A program made the position numbers and the translations under genes. Below the pieces are notes generated by a model, which worked only from the letters and a program-made list of their open reading frames with translations, ran no database searches and was not told the DNA's origin. Source: Barthelona sp. PCE (taxonomy: Eukaryota). Taken from it: a stretch of DNA of 64,000 nt. The stretch spans positions 682,001 to 746,000 of the forward strand of contig JAUFOR010000003.1 in NCBI GenBank assembly GCA_040285745.1, in the 5' to 3' direction. This document shows positions 30,175-44,300 of this stretch, in pieces (position 1 is the first letter of the stretch; each line of letters starts with the position of its first letter).

Positions 30175-30261
30175 GAATCTCTATCTCGATTTGTCACAGT
30201 AAACCATGACTCGGATTTAACGCAATAAAGATTGTTGTTTATTCTTATTCCTTTTCTTTTG

Positions 30262-31065
30262 ATGTCTTTCTTTGATACTGTAGTTGCACATCAAAACACA
30301 CTCTCACAGCTTCATTTTGTGAGCTCAGATCGCACATTACCTGTTATCAACTCGAGTTTTAAACAGTTGTTGTCGTATTTCATAGAACCATTTGGTTTCC
30401 CTTGGTCAGACCTTGAGTTGACCAACGAGTCCGACGAAGAGATTGCTAAAATTAATGAATTACAAGAAAATTGCATTGTAGAATCTAGGAAACTCCCTGG
30501 TGTTTGTAGTTACTTAGTTAGGAGTGTCACACGTTTGGAACAGCAAATGGATATCGTACTGAGCGGCCTAAACTCGATTGATCTTGAAAGCAGAATCAAA
30601 TATGATGAATATTTCAGTGGAGGAGAGGTTTTGCAAGATTTGGATTACCAAGATCAGTCGCACATTGTACACTTAAACTTCAAAAGCCCATTCAACACTA
30701 TTTCCAAGTCAATGGATATGGTGCTGCTCCGTTCCCTGAAACAAGCTCAGAACGCCAATGTGGTGATGCTACTCAACCTCAGTGTCGAACACGCAAAGGC
30801 TCCCGTCGATTCAAAGACTATCAGGCTGACGACGACATGTTCTGGATTTTTGTTGGGTAGTCTGCCGGATGGTTCCACACTTGTATATTACCTCAATCAG
30901 TTCGCCCCAGGCATGTATCTTCCCAGCATAATTACACATCGTATAATGCGTAGTTGGGCCTTAATGCCAGCAAAGTTAAATACAGTGATGGACCAGTTGT
31001 CTTTCCAACAAAATACAATGATTAGAAACATCACAGAGGTCATTGCGGAGGATGATGACATGTAG
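30262..31065 (+). CDS. START/SRPBCC-domain lipid-binding protein
   Basis: R..YDEYFSGGEVL, KSPF..IS...DMV, SVEH..AP....IR, SGFLL, TLVYY..Q..PG..LP follows the START domain pattern. ATG at 30262. Confidence 0.75.
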   Translation: MSFFDTVVAHQNTLSQLHFVSSDRTLPVINSSFKQLLSYFIEPFGFPWSDLELTNESDEEIAKINELQENCIVESRKLPGVCSYLVRSVTRLEQQMDIVLSGLNSIDLESRIKYDEYFSGGEVLQDLDYQDQSHIVHLNFKSPFNTISKSMDMVLLRSLKQAQNANVVMLLNLSVEHAKAPVDSKTIRLTTTCSGFLLGSLPDGSTLVYYLNQFAPGMYLPSIITHRIMRSWALMPAKLNTVMDQLSFQQNTMIRNITEVIAEDDDM

Positions 31066-31149
31066 GATATCTGTAGCATTTGAATAAATCGTACGATGTG
31101 GAAAACTTTCTTTCTTCAGTTGATGGAAGCTTTTATTTACATGTTGTGG

Positions 31150-31190
31150 TACTGTTACTGGAAATCTACTGTTACTGGAAATCTACTGTT
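31150..31190. repeat. Tandem 17-bp repeat (TACTGTTACTGGAAATC x2 plus a partial copy)
   Basis: Exact copies at 31150-31166 and 31167-31183, followed by TACTGTT. Confidence 0.85.
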
Positions 31191-31371
31191 CTTTGGAACA
31201 GCAGAAGCCATAACAGATACATATAATTTTGGTGTACTCACTGTTTTAAAGGTTTTACAGTATTGGAAATGCATTATAACTTTGATTTTTACCGGAGAAA
31301 CAGCGTTCTTACAGTTGAACAAGTGAAAAACACATAGTTTTGTTTTTTCTACTTCTTACAACAAATTTGTA

Positions 31372-32133
31372 ATGGGTTTAGGCAACGAACATCAATTAGA
31401 AACCCCCATGAGGGACGGTTTGACCGATTTTGAGACGGCATCTAATGAAATTAAGGAATCAAAAGAACACGTGGATTTGTTAGCCGAGGCCGGTATTCTT
31501 GATTCACAAGGTGAAGAACTTGCCAGCTGCATTAGTCACTCTGTTTGTGGTCTTGTTATGCTTCTAACACTCTTTAAACTCGATGATTGGTTTCCTGAGA
31601 AATACCATGCTTCAATCGTTATTTACGTTGTTTGTGCATGTGTTTTATTCTTTATGAGCTCGTTCTACCACATGCCGTTATGGATGAAGAGACCAAAGAA
31701 GAAGCTTTTTTTGCAGAAATGTGATATGACCTCCATTTTCTTTTTGATCATGGGTTCTTATGTTCCATTTTGCATCCATATCATCAACCCCCGAGTCATT
31801 GGTCTCACCTTATTCACTGTAATCGTTGTCCTCAGCATCATTGGTATCTTTGCCGTTTTCTTCAAGCTGTTTTCATTCAAAGGTTTCGTTTATCTTTATT
31901 TGGTTCTTGGATGGCTTTCATTTGCTGCTCTCAAGTACATATATGACGGTGTTGGTTCATCTTGGTTGATACTTGGTGTTATTTTTATGGCTGGCATATC
32001 TTATAGTGTTGGCACATGGTTCTTAACCAATGAAGATATGAATTACAGTCACTTGATATGGCATGTTTTCATTGCTTTTGGCGTAGGCTTATTCTATCTC
32101 AGTTACTATATGGCTTTTCAAAATATCAAATAG
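31372..32133 (+). CDS. Hemolysin III / PAQR (TrhA-like) membrane protein
   Basis: EELASCISH, SSFYH, CDMTSIFFLIMGSYVPF, YLVLGW, YSVG and HLIWHVF motifs; about 7 hydrophobic helices. Confidence 0.9.
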   Translation: MGLGNEHQLETPMRDGLTDFETASNEIKESKEHVDLLAEAGILDSQGEELASCISHSVCGLVMLLTLFKLDDWFPEKYHASIVIYVVCACVLFFMSSFYHMPLWMKRPKKKLFLQKCDMTSIFFLIMGSYVPFCIHIINPRVIGLTLFTVIVVLSIIGIFAVFFKLFSFKGFVYLYLVLGWLSFAALKYIYDGVGSSWLILGVIFMAGISYSVGTWFLTNEDMNYSHLIWHVFIAFGVGLFYLSYYMAFQNIK

Positions 32134-32338
32134 CTCTTTTCTCTCAATGTTGATAGTTAATAAACATTATTTTTATTTAGATCTAGGTAATCAAATTGAT
32201 TGATCCATGCACTGTTTGATACATATACTCTATTCATTGAGATGGAAAGAAAGAGAAGAAGAAATAAGAAAAGTTATCAAGGATAACCACAAGTATCGAA
32301 AAAAACAACAGTACTTCACACATAAAATGACTCGACAA

Positions 32339-35300
32339 TTAAGCAAAGTCATCAAAGTTAAATATGTTGGACTCAAGCCCTTCAGCAGACGCAGACGCAG
32401 CCGTAACCTGTGCTATGTTGGACTGTGCTACGCTGACAAGAGGGTTCATGAGACGGTTGGGTCGGAACATATTAGCGTCATTGTTCACCTTGTACACTTT
32501 ACGATGTAAAAGCGATAGAATGATGCTGATGATAGCCATTATGAGGTTAACGGCTACAAATAGGAGCAAGATTAAAGAAATGAGACCCGAAGACTCGTCT
32601 TGCAATGTCGACTCAGGATCCAAGGCACAGATCACCCAGAATGAAAGGATAACAACTGTACACATGTGGTAAATGGAAACGAGACGATTACTGTCTTGCG
32701 GGCTGTATGGCATGCGCGTTTGATGAATGATGAAACCAACAACTGCAATAAACAATGCAGTTAACGATTGTGTAAGAGGATGGTTTACCAACAAGAAGAG
32801 AGCACCGACCAGGAAAAGCTCATACAAGAAGATGATGATCTGGTTTCCGAAGCCAGTGGCCTTATAAGGCGCATTGAGAGCTGAAGCAACAGCTTGTGAA
32901 AGCGTGTCAGGCTGGTTGACGTTCTTGATGTTGACAGAGTTGGAGGTTTGGCCTCTACCCATCATAACACCCATCACAAGCAGAGCAACACCAAAGATAA
33001 TACTGGGGATGAGGAACGACTTCCACTCTGAAGTGAAACACCTGACTGTGATGTCAGTTGCGAGCACCCATTCCCCGCTTAGCTCCTTACAGCCACCGAT
33101 CTCCAAGATCACGTGGTAGACGGGCGCAAACATTGCCATGCCGAGCACAACAAACGTCTGGACCCAGCGGTAGGAGCGGAAATCGGCCTTTTCTAGCTTC
33201 GAAGCATGGCGCTTGAACTTGAAAAGTGTGCCAATCAGAGCGATAATAGGAAGTGCAGCGTGGTAGTAATACCTGAAGGCGAATGTCTTGGCAGGCGGCC
33301 ACACGCATCCCAGAAGATGTCCTCGAGACAGGTCGAGGAACATAAGATCGCATACAATGAAGACCCAGTGCAAGCTGCCAGGCAGCTGCTGTGGGGAGGT
33401 TCGATGGAATGAACCCAGTATCTGCATGAAAATCATGAGCGGCATGTACGATGAGATGGATGGGAACTTCATCTTGACGTCAGCAACAATCATGACGATT
33501 GTAGAGATAGTGAGCAGTTGAAGCAGGGCGTACAGTGCGATGGTCAACCACGGAGGAAGACACTTCACGCACAATGGTGCGAGCTTCATGCTATCCTCTT
33601 CGCAAAGCGAGCAATCTGCACCCAAATAGCCGTCGTCGCAGAACGCTTCAGGCTCGGTCGTTGTATTGCTACTGGCCTGCAAACTGGAGCAAGTGCCGGG
33701 ACAACCAGCGGACTGACAGCGCTTGACAGTGCCGTCCGAATCCTTGAAATAACCACGTTGGACGCACGTTTGGTTGCCACCGAAGCACATCATTCCATCT
33801 GGACACGGGATACACTCTGTATCAGTGAGGGGGAATGTGTCACCGAAACACTGACATGCAGTACGTGACTCGTCAGAAACCTGATTCAGAGGGCACACAT
33901 CGCAAGTGGTAGAGGCGGGAACAAAGTTGAACGACGACTCATCACAGCGTTGGCAACCGAACATGGTTTCATTGCGGTAGCTACCGGCAACACATGGCTG
34001 ACAGTCGAGGGAGCCTGTTCCGTCAGTCCAGAAACCAGGAGCGCACTGGGTGCAGCTCGTGGCTCTGGGTTCATCGGAATAGGTACCCTCCGGACATAAT
34101 CGACACTCTCCACTATAAAGACCTTCACCGATCGGACAACGGTTAACGTTGACGAGGCCAGAGCCACTGATCAGTCCAGGTGTCGATACATCGATTCGGT
34201 ATTCGTTCGGTGAGCCAGAAACAACAAGATCGTTGAACGACTGCTGTCCGCTGGCAGAAGACTGAGACAAGACACCGCGAATACTAAAGAGAGCGGAGGA
34301 CGGAGCCAAAGAGAGACGACGCAGTGTGCTGTCTACAACGGAAGTATTAAATCCATCAACAACAACAACATGCACATGCTTCTTAGGCTCGGTCTCTGAT
34401 TGCTCATCGAAGGGTTCGTCAACAGACACGCGTAGCTTACGCGGATCGGTTGCAGCATCAGCGCCGTAAGAATCCGCCTCATTGGCGTAATACGAGTTAC
34501 TGTCTGCGTCTGCATTGGTCGGAACCTGTTTAAGATTCGAGAACCAGGCACCTCCAATGTCTCCAGCGGTGTTGCTCGAGAACTGGTTGTCAGCAATAGA
34601 GTTATCACTGATGTCGTCCTCATGAGACATGAACAAGTCGTCGACGCTTGGGTTGGACTCGTTGAAGGAAGTGTTGGGATCAACAAACGCGACTGCACCA
34701 CCTGCAATTTCTGCACGGTTGCGGCGGAACGCGTTATCATGGATGGAAGCGTTGCCTTGTACAGCAATAGCACCACCGACCAGCGCCTCGTTGTCCTCAA
34801 AGGTTGAGTTCGAGATAAGAGCGTCAGAATCGTCAACAAACAGACACGCGCCCATAGAAGGACTGATGGCATGTCTGCATGAAGAGTTGTCCAATACAAT
34901 GCCACTGTTCTTGACAGAGATCACGTGGTCACCCTCGAAACCGTTGATTTCAACACCACTCAATGTCACGTTGGCACCTTGCGCAGTAACAATGGCAGGG
35001 GTATGTATGTCCTCGAATGAGCACGCCTGCATTATAACTTCGCAGTTTTCGATACGTATGACAGAGGAGTTACTATCAATTCCCTTCATATCAACATCAA
35101 TGAGCGTAACAGGATCATTACAATCGACTATATTCAAAATGGTGTTGTTCACACCATTGTTTTCGATTTTGATACCGTTAATTTCAAGTCCGCAAGACTC
35201 TAGGGCCAGCAAAGGACTGTTAAGGTTGGTGATCTCCGTATCATTAAGCTGAATGCTCGAGTCTACGGCCGTGACGAGAGCGTCGCCATTGGAATCGGAA

Positions 35301-38300
35301 ACACTGACAGAAGCGAATAAGTTGGTGTCGTGCAGGTCAAAGAGACCGCTGTTAACGGAATCGACTACCATAGGATCGATAGCAACATTCGATGCGAACG
35401 CTGATACAACAGGGGCTGTTGTCGCGCTGCTGTCTATTGTGATATTGTTGGCTTTCAGTGAAGATGAATCGATAGAAATCAAAGATGTGTCAGTTTCGCT
35501 GTCCGTGATCACCACGCCTGTAGCATTGATATCAGAGTTACGCTCAATAAGAAGGGGAGTGCTGCTTGCGTTTTCAAACATTATGTTCTTGATCTCTCCA
35601 ACTGTGTCTCGAAGGCTGATACCGCTGAACCCGTTGTAGTAGGGGGAAGCGATGTCGTCAGCCGTTGTGTTTGTCAGCGTCATGTTCTGAATCGTAACGA
35701 GAGCGTCTGATATCAACACTGGGTTGATGGCGTTAACCACATCAATGTTTTCGACCGAGATCGGAGCATCGTTTCCAAATATTATAAGAGCTGCACGTGA
35801 ATTACTTCCGTCAAATACAACAGGTGCGTCATCGTTGTGCACGATGTTGACAGGGTGCTTTGGTGAAACAATGACTGGAACATGATCGTCACCCCAGTAA
35901 GTACCGTTGGCAAAAACAAAAGTGTCATACGGTATTGATCGAGTCAATGCATAAGTGTATGTACGACATGGTGCTTCAAGGGTACCACAACATATGCTGT
36001 TGGCACCTCTGTTCCAGATATACACGTCAGTCGGCAGATCATCAACGATATCGCGACCGACCACAAGGAGGAAACCGTCGTTGGGGTATCGCAGAGCAAA
36101 GTTAACGATACAGCTACCTGTTAAGTTATTGAACTTGCCCGTGTGGTGTTTGTACGGAATGAAGCCGAAGGAATCTCCACGATTGAACTCGGCTGTCATG
36201 CTGAAGTCAAGATTGAATGTTCCATCAAAGTTGACGGTACCGTTGACATCCAGCTTATCATGTTCAGTCTCGTTCGTGAGTGACATGCGAACAACAGTGG
36301 AAGGGGTCAAAGTGAGCTCACCCTCGTATTTGTTCAAGTCATCAATAACGTATACATTGCCTTCCGGTTGAAGCATACCAGTGTATGTTCCGTTATCAAA
36401 CAGGACACTGCATTCTTCACCGATCACAGTGTTAAGGTGGGATCCTGCACCACCATTGCGCAATGTTATGTTGCACGTGCTGAAACGGCCAACTACGGCG
36501 GTTCCTCCAGTGGATATGACATTGGGTGTGGTGTAGAGAACGTTAACATCGCTCTCAGCAGCAGTGATTGTGACATCTCTTGATGCAATTTTGTTTGCAT
36601 CTGTCTCAGTCATATTTCGGATAACTACGTTCGCAGAAAACTCAACAGGACCCTCAACAGTTACTGATCCATCGTTGAATGACATATCAACTGGGCTGTC
36701 GAATTTGAAACTGTGTGGAACTGTGATGTTACCACTCAGAGTTGCGTTCTGGGTCATATAAAGATTGAGATCATCAACAGTCATGTTGAACGGTGATAAA
36801 TCACCACCCTTGAACTCAAGAGTGGCGACAATCACATGGGGAACGAGAGTTGTTAGGTTACCATCGTTCATGTTCAGAATATCAATTCCAGTTATGTTGC
36901 TGATTATGACGTCTCCACCAGACATGTCAACGACGTAGAAGTGACCTGGGGCTTCCCACTCTGTTTTTGATTCGCCCATACTGATAAAGTTCACGTTGTT
37001 TACGTGTCCAGCGGAGGCCGTGGGTGCTACAGAAAGAGTGGCATCATCACGAACACCTATTCTTGCGTTTTCAATGTCAATGGCGGAACCGTCTTCGAAC
37101 TCAGCCTTTGCATTACCACAGAACCACAGGTCGGAGACACTGTGGACGTTAGAACTCTCTAGCGCTGAGAAATCACCACAGAAATCACCGCTCATTTCAT
37201 CAACGATATTGGCACTGTTGTTTAAGACGACGTATGTGCCGTTGGTATCACCAACAAGCTGAGTGACAAATCCCTCAACATTAATGATACCATGTGAGCC
37301 ACCAACGGTGATTATAGGTGCAATTCCGTCCGTCTTTAACTGATGTACGGTGGCGCTAGGATCAACACCCTCAATTCTAAAGTCACCAGGAGTGTCAATG
37401 ACAGTCAACGCACTTGAAACAGTGAAAACACCGTCGCCATTTGTTTGGAGATATCCGTCTAAAAGGAAGGAAGCAGAACCTGTCGATATATCAACGGTTC
37501 CGTCAACGTTGAATGTAGCATTGCTCTCCATCGCACTGGTGCTCTCTAAAAGTCCATCATGTTGTACAACAGCGTTAACGATGTCGTATAATGTAGAGTT
37601 TGTTAAAGAAAGCGTAGTGTTGCTGTAAACAAAGATGTTTGAGTTAGGCATCGATCTGAAGTTAACCTCAACAATAGAGCTCTCGGTTGGATCGCCAGTT
37701 TTGAGTGTCTTTTCATTGACAAATACAGTAGTTGTCGAATCTGTGGAGAGTGCACCGTCATTGAGGATCATTGTGCCGCGATTGTAAAGTGCTGAATCTC
37801 CGCTCATAGTTACGTCAGTGATGTTGGACTTTCCATCAGAATTCAGAACATGGGAGTCATCAATCGTCGGGTTGGCGTCGATGAGCATGTCGTCAGAAAC
37901 GGTAGTTGTAACACCGCCTTCAAGCGTGCCGCCTATGAATGTCATGTTATTAACTTCAATATCTCCGCTGCCGCGAATGCTTCCTGCGTCCATGTAGATG
38001 CTGTCTACATCGAGCAGCGTTGCAGAATCCATAATAAACTGACCCATTGGGTTGGTGAAAACCATTGTGGCAGCATCTTTACCGAGCAGGTGTCCTGATT
38101 CTGTAACGTTAATCACGGTACGAGCAGCATCAGTGATGGAAAATTCACCGATACCCACAGTTGAATTTGTGAATGTGGTCGAGCCGCCGCGATCACGAGC
38201 GGTGTAGCTATGCATATTTGGTACTGTGGCGTTATCGAACAGCACAGTGCCATTGAGCATTGTTAAATTCAAATCTTGGTACTGACAGTCGCCAAAGATG

Positions 38301-41300
38301 GTATCACTTTCAGACACTACAATAATGTCTTCAGCAACACAGTCTCTAAACAACAGTGTTCCGTCAATTACAGATATCTCTCCGATACCCGGTAATGCTG
38401 TTCCAAACACGTTTAAAACACCATCGGGATGCTCCATGATGAATGATTCATCACCGCCAATGAATGAAGGTGTGTGATGCGTAAATATTGCATCCCTAAC
38501 GACTGAATCACCACCGTTGTTGAGCCACGATCCATAATTATCAATGTGCTTGGTTCCTGTAATGATCGAACCGTTATTGACTGTTACATTCATGTAGTTG
38601 ATGAAGTCGATTTCGGAAATAAAATCACCTGTACCATTCTTCACAACATCACCGTAGTTCTCCAACAGACCTTCTCCAACGACGTTTCCATCTGTAAGAG
38701 CCCATGAGGCATCAGGAAGAATGCGCATGACGGCTGTTTCTTCAACAGAAACAGTTCCGTTTGACAGAACAATACCTGCGATGTTGAGCTTATGAGCATC
38801 CGATACTGCAAAGTTATCAGCAAAGACTCCATTATGTACCGTTGTGTTGGCATCGTTACGGAGCTCTCCACTTGTAAAAACTATATTCGTGGCGTTTATA
38901 TGACCATCGCCCTCACGAATACCACCGCAGAGCTCAAAGTTATCAATGTTGAGCAATAAACTGTCAGAGTAGTTAAACACACCTGAGCAAAGACGAAGCA
39001 TTTTCAGGTGTGCATTGATCAATGATGAATCAGTGACATTGAGGAATCCACCAGTCAAAATTACAGTAGAATCAGTAAAGTTGACAAGCGCTCCGTCATT
39101 GGTTGACAAGCTTCCGTCAGTAATATCAATAACTGTGTTAGTCAGGTTGACCGAGGCGCCGTCAAGAACATTGATAACACCACCGTTAATATTAGCAGTA
39201 GAAACATTCAGAATTTCGGATCCGGACTGCATTGTAACTGAACCACCATCGATCCTCCTCATAGTTATATGTGGGACAAGGGAACCATCCTCGAAGAAAG
39301 TCTGGCCACCGTCTGTCTCGAGGCACATGCTCTGAACTAAAGCAGAGTCAGTCACGTGGAGTGTGCCGTCGTTGACAACAGCGCATCCATCGAGGTTGAC
39401 AAGGCCACCGAGGAAAACGTTTGAAGGAACAACAGAAACAAGAACTGTACCATCACCATTAAGTCGTGACGTGTCGTTGAAGACAAACAAACCGTTCAGT
39501 GAGAGTACTGCTCCTGCATCAACGTTGATCGTGCCCTCAGAATATGAATCGGTACCAATCTCCAATGTTCCGCTAAGGATGTTGAGAGTGGCTGATTCAA
39601 TGTTGTGCAGAGATGTCTCGAGCACGAACGCGGTGGAGAGATCCTTTGAGAGCGTGCCAGTGTTGTTGAACACGGGTAGCAAGGAACCAATCGCTGCAGG
39701 CTGGACGTTGATACTACCACCAACGAGTACAAATTCACCGTTGTTGTTCAGAATAGTTGATTCTCCCAGTTCGACAGTACCTGATGTGAATCGTGCGCTT
39801 CCATCGTTTGTCAGTGTATGGCCGTTGTCGACAACACACTTGACAGAGCATTTTAGCGTAAGGTTGGTGTGTGCTAAAGTTTCGCCACCACCACTGAGCT
39901 CACCATCAACAAGGCGGATATGAGTTGCGTTTAGCAGTGTAGAACCGCTACGAACACCGCCATCAAGGGTAAATGTTCTGAGCACAACGGGCTGGAATGC
40001 GTTATTCTCGAAAGTTCCATCAGTTAGTCTAAAATCACTCAGCACACTATCAATAACGCTGCTTAAATTGAACAAGAGATTTCCGTCATGTACAGTAAAG
40101 TTTGCAGCAACGGCGGTGAGATCACCGTTGACAACAACATCAGCGGTTCCGTACTGATCAAAAGATCCATATGAAAGATTCAAGCAAGACACCTCATCGA
40201 GGACAAGCTCACTATCAACAACGCTGATGGAGCTGAACGTGGCACAGCCTCCTTCAGTTGAAGTGGTTGAAGTCACATTAACAAAACCACCGTCTTCCAC
40301 CACAAGTTCCATTCGGTCGACTGATATGTCTCCGAGGTTGAATGTTGAGGAATCGCTCACTGTTAGCGTGCCGTTGATCCATGTACCCATGGGTGCGAAA
40401 CCTTGGGCTTCAGATGTTACAACAATTTCACCAATCATGTCGACGGTGCCGCTGATATTCAACGTAGCGCTGGCGCTCGTTGATATGAGTCGGCCTTCTC
40501 CAGTGATAGTGACACCAGGAACCAGATTAGTGGCACCAGTATTGATCAGATAACATCCATTTGGCAGATCCATATCATCAGTGATGGTCAACTGTGAGTT
40601 AAAAATGGTGTTACACATTGAGCTCACTTCATAGTCATCATATATCCACTGAATTAACACTGGATTGTCGGAAAGACCTCGAATTGTAACATTACCGTTG
40701 TTTTCGATTACATTAATTATACTGCTATCGTTTGAATGAAGCAGATGAGCTCCTGGATCCATCACAATGTATCCATCAGGTGTGTTGACGAGCAGAGCGT
40801 CGTGACCCTCGATGATTGAGTCGGTTGTAAAGGTCAGATTGCCATTATTAACGATCTTGTGTCCATCACGTAAAGATTTTGTCTTTGTACTCTCCACTGA
40901 TGACTTTGAAGTATTGAGCAAATGTGTTGTTACATTGCCCACAAGTTCACCTGCATCAAACACAAAGAAGGTGCGAACCGTGACATTGCCGTCTCCAGAG
41001 ATAACTGGGCTTCCATTCCTCAGAGTCATGTTATGAGTTGTGATGTTGGAGTTGCCAACCAATAAATGACCGTCTACCAATGTGATGGAGCAGATATCGT
41101 CCCAGTTGGCGTCAAGGTACATGTTACCCGCAAACATTCTGAGCTCTGCACAGTCACCAATGAGATCAACAGTGTTGTTAACAATAAAATCACCACCATC
41201 ATTATACACCAACGTTTCGGTCATATTGACGATGCTGCTGTTGTCAAACTGAATAATAGAACTACCACCCTGTCCAATCTCAGTGATCTGGTTGATGGTA

Positions 41301-44300
41301 GAGTCGTCAACAAATATGTTACCACCGGCTGTGAAATTGGTGCGATGAACAATAGAATCTCGAATATAAATATTCGATGGGTTCATGCTTGCTCTGAATC
41401 CCACAGCATTGATTGTTGTTCCCGAAGGCACTAGTACATCACCCGATAGAGAATAGACAACACCTCCCTCCATATTAGTGACTGCTTCGTATGTGAGATG
41501 AGCGTTGTTTCCAGACACACCAATTGATCCAGGTCCAGTGTTGGTAACCGTTGAGGCAATTAATCCAACGTCAGTGAACTCGAACTTAGAATTCGTGTCA
41601 GTGAATGTGAAGGTGGATTGTTCCATATCAGTCACACCATTGAATTTAGCGTAGCACTTATCAACAATCGCGTCTGTTGTTGCGATTGTTACGTTAACGT
41701 CGAATGTAATTTTTTCCTCTCCGTTATTACACAGCAAATTCATATCTCCGTCAAGCAGAGTCAAGACAGATGTGTGATCGATTGGTTCAAACTTAACAGG
41801 TGTAACAGGTGTGACATTAACCATGTGGTGAATATTCATGTCATGCACGCGGATTGTACCAGCATCGACAATCATGTCACCCATGTTAATGTATTGAGTT
41901 TTGACAGTCTTGATGCCTGTGGTATTGTAGTAAGCCACAGAATTTGGCATGATGTTTGTCAAAGTGTTACTAATAACACCATTTTCAAAAACAAGGTTGT
42001 TTTCGATACGAGTAGTGTCCACACCATCAATTTCACCACCACTAATGACAATGTCATTGATGTATAGATCACTTAGCGTGTTCATATTCAAGTAACCACC
42101 TTCCATACGAATGTAGCAAATACGGTTGTACTTAATTGCTTTATACTCCAATGAAAAGTTACCTCCGTTGACGACAGCGTTGGGGCATCCCATAACTTCA
42201 GCTCCAACGTCGAAAAGGAGATCACCATCATCAATAACGATAGAATGATCGTCATCAAGTGTAACGTCAGTTCCAATACGTACAAGTGTTGTATCCTCAT
42301 CACCATCAAGGTGAATGTTGTGGACTCGAGTAATTGTAGCGATGTCGTGACTGTAGAAGACACCATCATCACGTGCGCTAACGTTGAAATCACCAACTAT
42401 ACCGTAGTGATCAACGCGACCGCCGAATACAACATCGACGTCAACTCCATCACAAGTAGCAGTATCTTCAATGGTCATGTTGCCACTATCTACAATGTAT
42501 TTGAGGTTAGCCCCACACAAGTTATGCAAGCGCAAGTTACCTGTTGGCTGGACACGAACAGTACCTGGGCCGTAAATTCTACCGTAAATGTCGGTGTCGC
42601 CCTCGATGAAAAGAGTGCATGTCTTACACACGTATATGTCACCGCTTATATTGGCATAGCATGACAGATGCATGCTTCCGGCCGTCATCATAAGCTCTCC
42701 ACCCTCAGAGACGTTGAGTTTTGTGCTAATTTCAGCGTTGCGATGCGATGAACTCACAAGGCCGTTGCTATTAACGCGTAAGACACCAGTTTCAGCGTCA
42801 CACTCACCATCGTTCTTTATGAGCAAGATATTAGATGTGTCATTGAGATAAAGCGTGGAATCATCAATAATTTCGATCAGTGAATCGTCATGGAGAGTAA
42901 TACCACCGCATGTGGGGGAAGAACATCCTTCAATGTGAGCGTCGGTGTCTGGTGTGATCAGAACATGTGAGTCGGGGTTAATGTGGTGTGGTTCGTTTGA
43001 TGTGACATGCCAGCGATCCTTGATCGTAATGACCGTGCTATTATCAACTCCTCCACCAATCCAGTCCCATTCACTAACTAAAACATGTGTATCACTCAAA
43101 ACATTTGACTCATCGTGAGTTTCAAGACGCCTGATGTTGACAGATGTAGTATACGTGAAGTTTGCGCGCGTTTTATCCCATAATATAAGTTCATCAATAA
43201 TAATTGGTGAACCGCAGCATTCATCCTCATAGTGGACGTTTGAATCATCATGTAGAACAAGAGTGGGTGTTGTGACATCGGTGTCTGGGTGGAAATAAAT
43301 GTCAGAATCGCCACCAATATTAATACTGGTTATGTTTGCATGGAAGTTGTCGTGGAAGTGAATACTACCACCGTCGATGTCAGGGAAGGTCAACTTTGTC
43401 ACGTTTCCTCCAGGGCGGAAGTGAACATCACCGCTTTCGATCTTGCGAATATCAACCAGCTTAATGTTGGCTGGTCCTATTTCTACTGTGTCTCCAATCA
43501 TGGTACCGATCGTCAAACTGTTGAGATCATTGTCTTCAATGAACTGAATGTGATCATCTTCAACAATCTCGATATAAATATCTCGACCAAATATTTCTCG
43601 GAAAAGCACTGTTCCATTCGTCCAATCAAGATGCAGCTCTTCGATTTTCGTAGCACGCAGATCAAGTAGACCATCATCGATCCAGATGCGTTCCGAAAGA
43701 TCAAACGTACCATTCAGAATAACCCACGAATTCGGGTGAGTCAGGTGGACTTCACCATCACCAGTTAGGTTTGAACCCATTGGCATCGAGAAGTTGGACT
43801 GGATATCAAGGATGGAGTTTGGCGATAGAATAAACACGCTATCTGTCATGTTGGTTACAGACTGTGTCGTTACAATAACTTCGTCACCAACTCGGACGGT
43901 GGTATCGTACATCATCCATTGCCATTCAATCGTAATGTTACCCATGCCTCCCATAAAGTTCACGTCGCCATAGGTATATAGGATAGGACGCAGCTCATTG
44001 GGAAGGTTATTGGGGTCGAGCATATCATCGTTCTTGTTGGTGACGTTGAAATCACAAGTTTCAAGACAATGTAAAGAAGCCTTATGATCTCCGAGAATAT
44101 TTCTACTACGCCAATCAACAACGTTATGTACATAGACGGTGGCGTTCTCCTTGAAATAGAGCTCACCAGCCGTGCGCACAGTCATGTTCTGTATGTTCAG
44201 TAAAGAATTGAATCCAAACACACCATTGCGAATGTCTGCTGTCTGTATTGACACATCTCCTCTAAGCTCACTACTGATCAAATCCAGATTGATAAAGTTA

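Noticed and set aside
30171-30199. GTAAGA...CACAG across the RPL13 stop as a possible 29-nt intron
   Set aside because: There is no branch-point-like motif at the spacing seen in the VPS37 intron, and the unspliced protein already ends plausibly.
31096-31326. 76-aa ORF and 17-bp tandem repeat as a gene or CRISPR-like array
   Set aside because: The repeats are adjacent with no spacers, the context is eukaryotic, and the ORF has no coding features.
32339-33600. Giant gene as a bacterial autotransporter or contaminant
   Set aside because: The C-terminus is alpha-helical multi-TM preceded by eukaryote-type Cys-rich repeats, not a beta-barrel, and the contig carries clearly eukaryotic genes.
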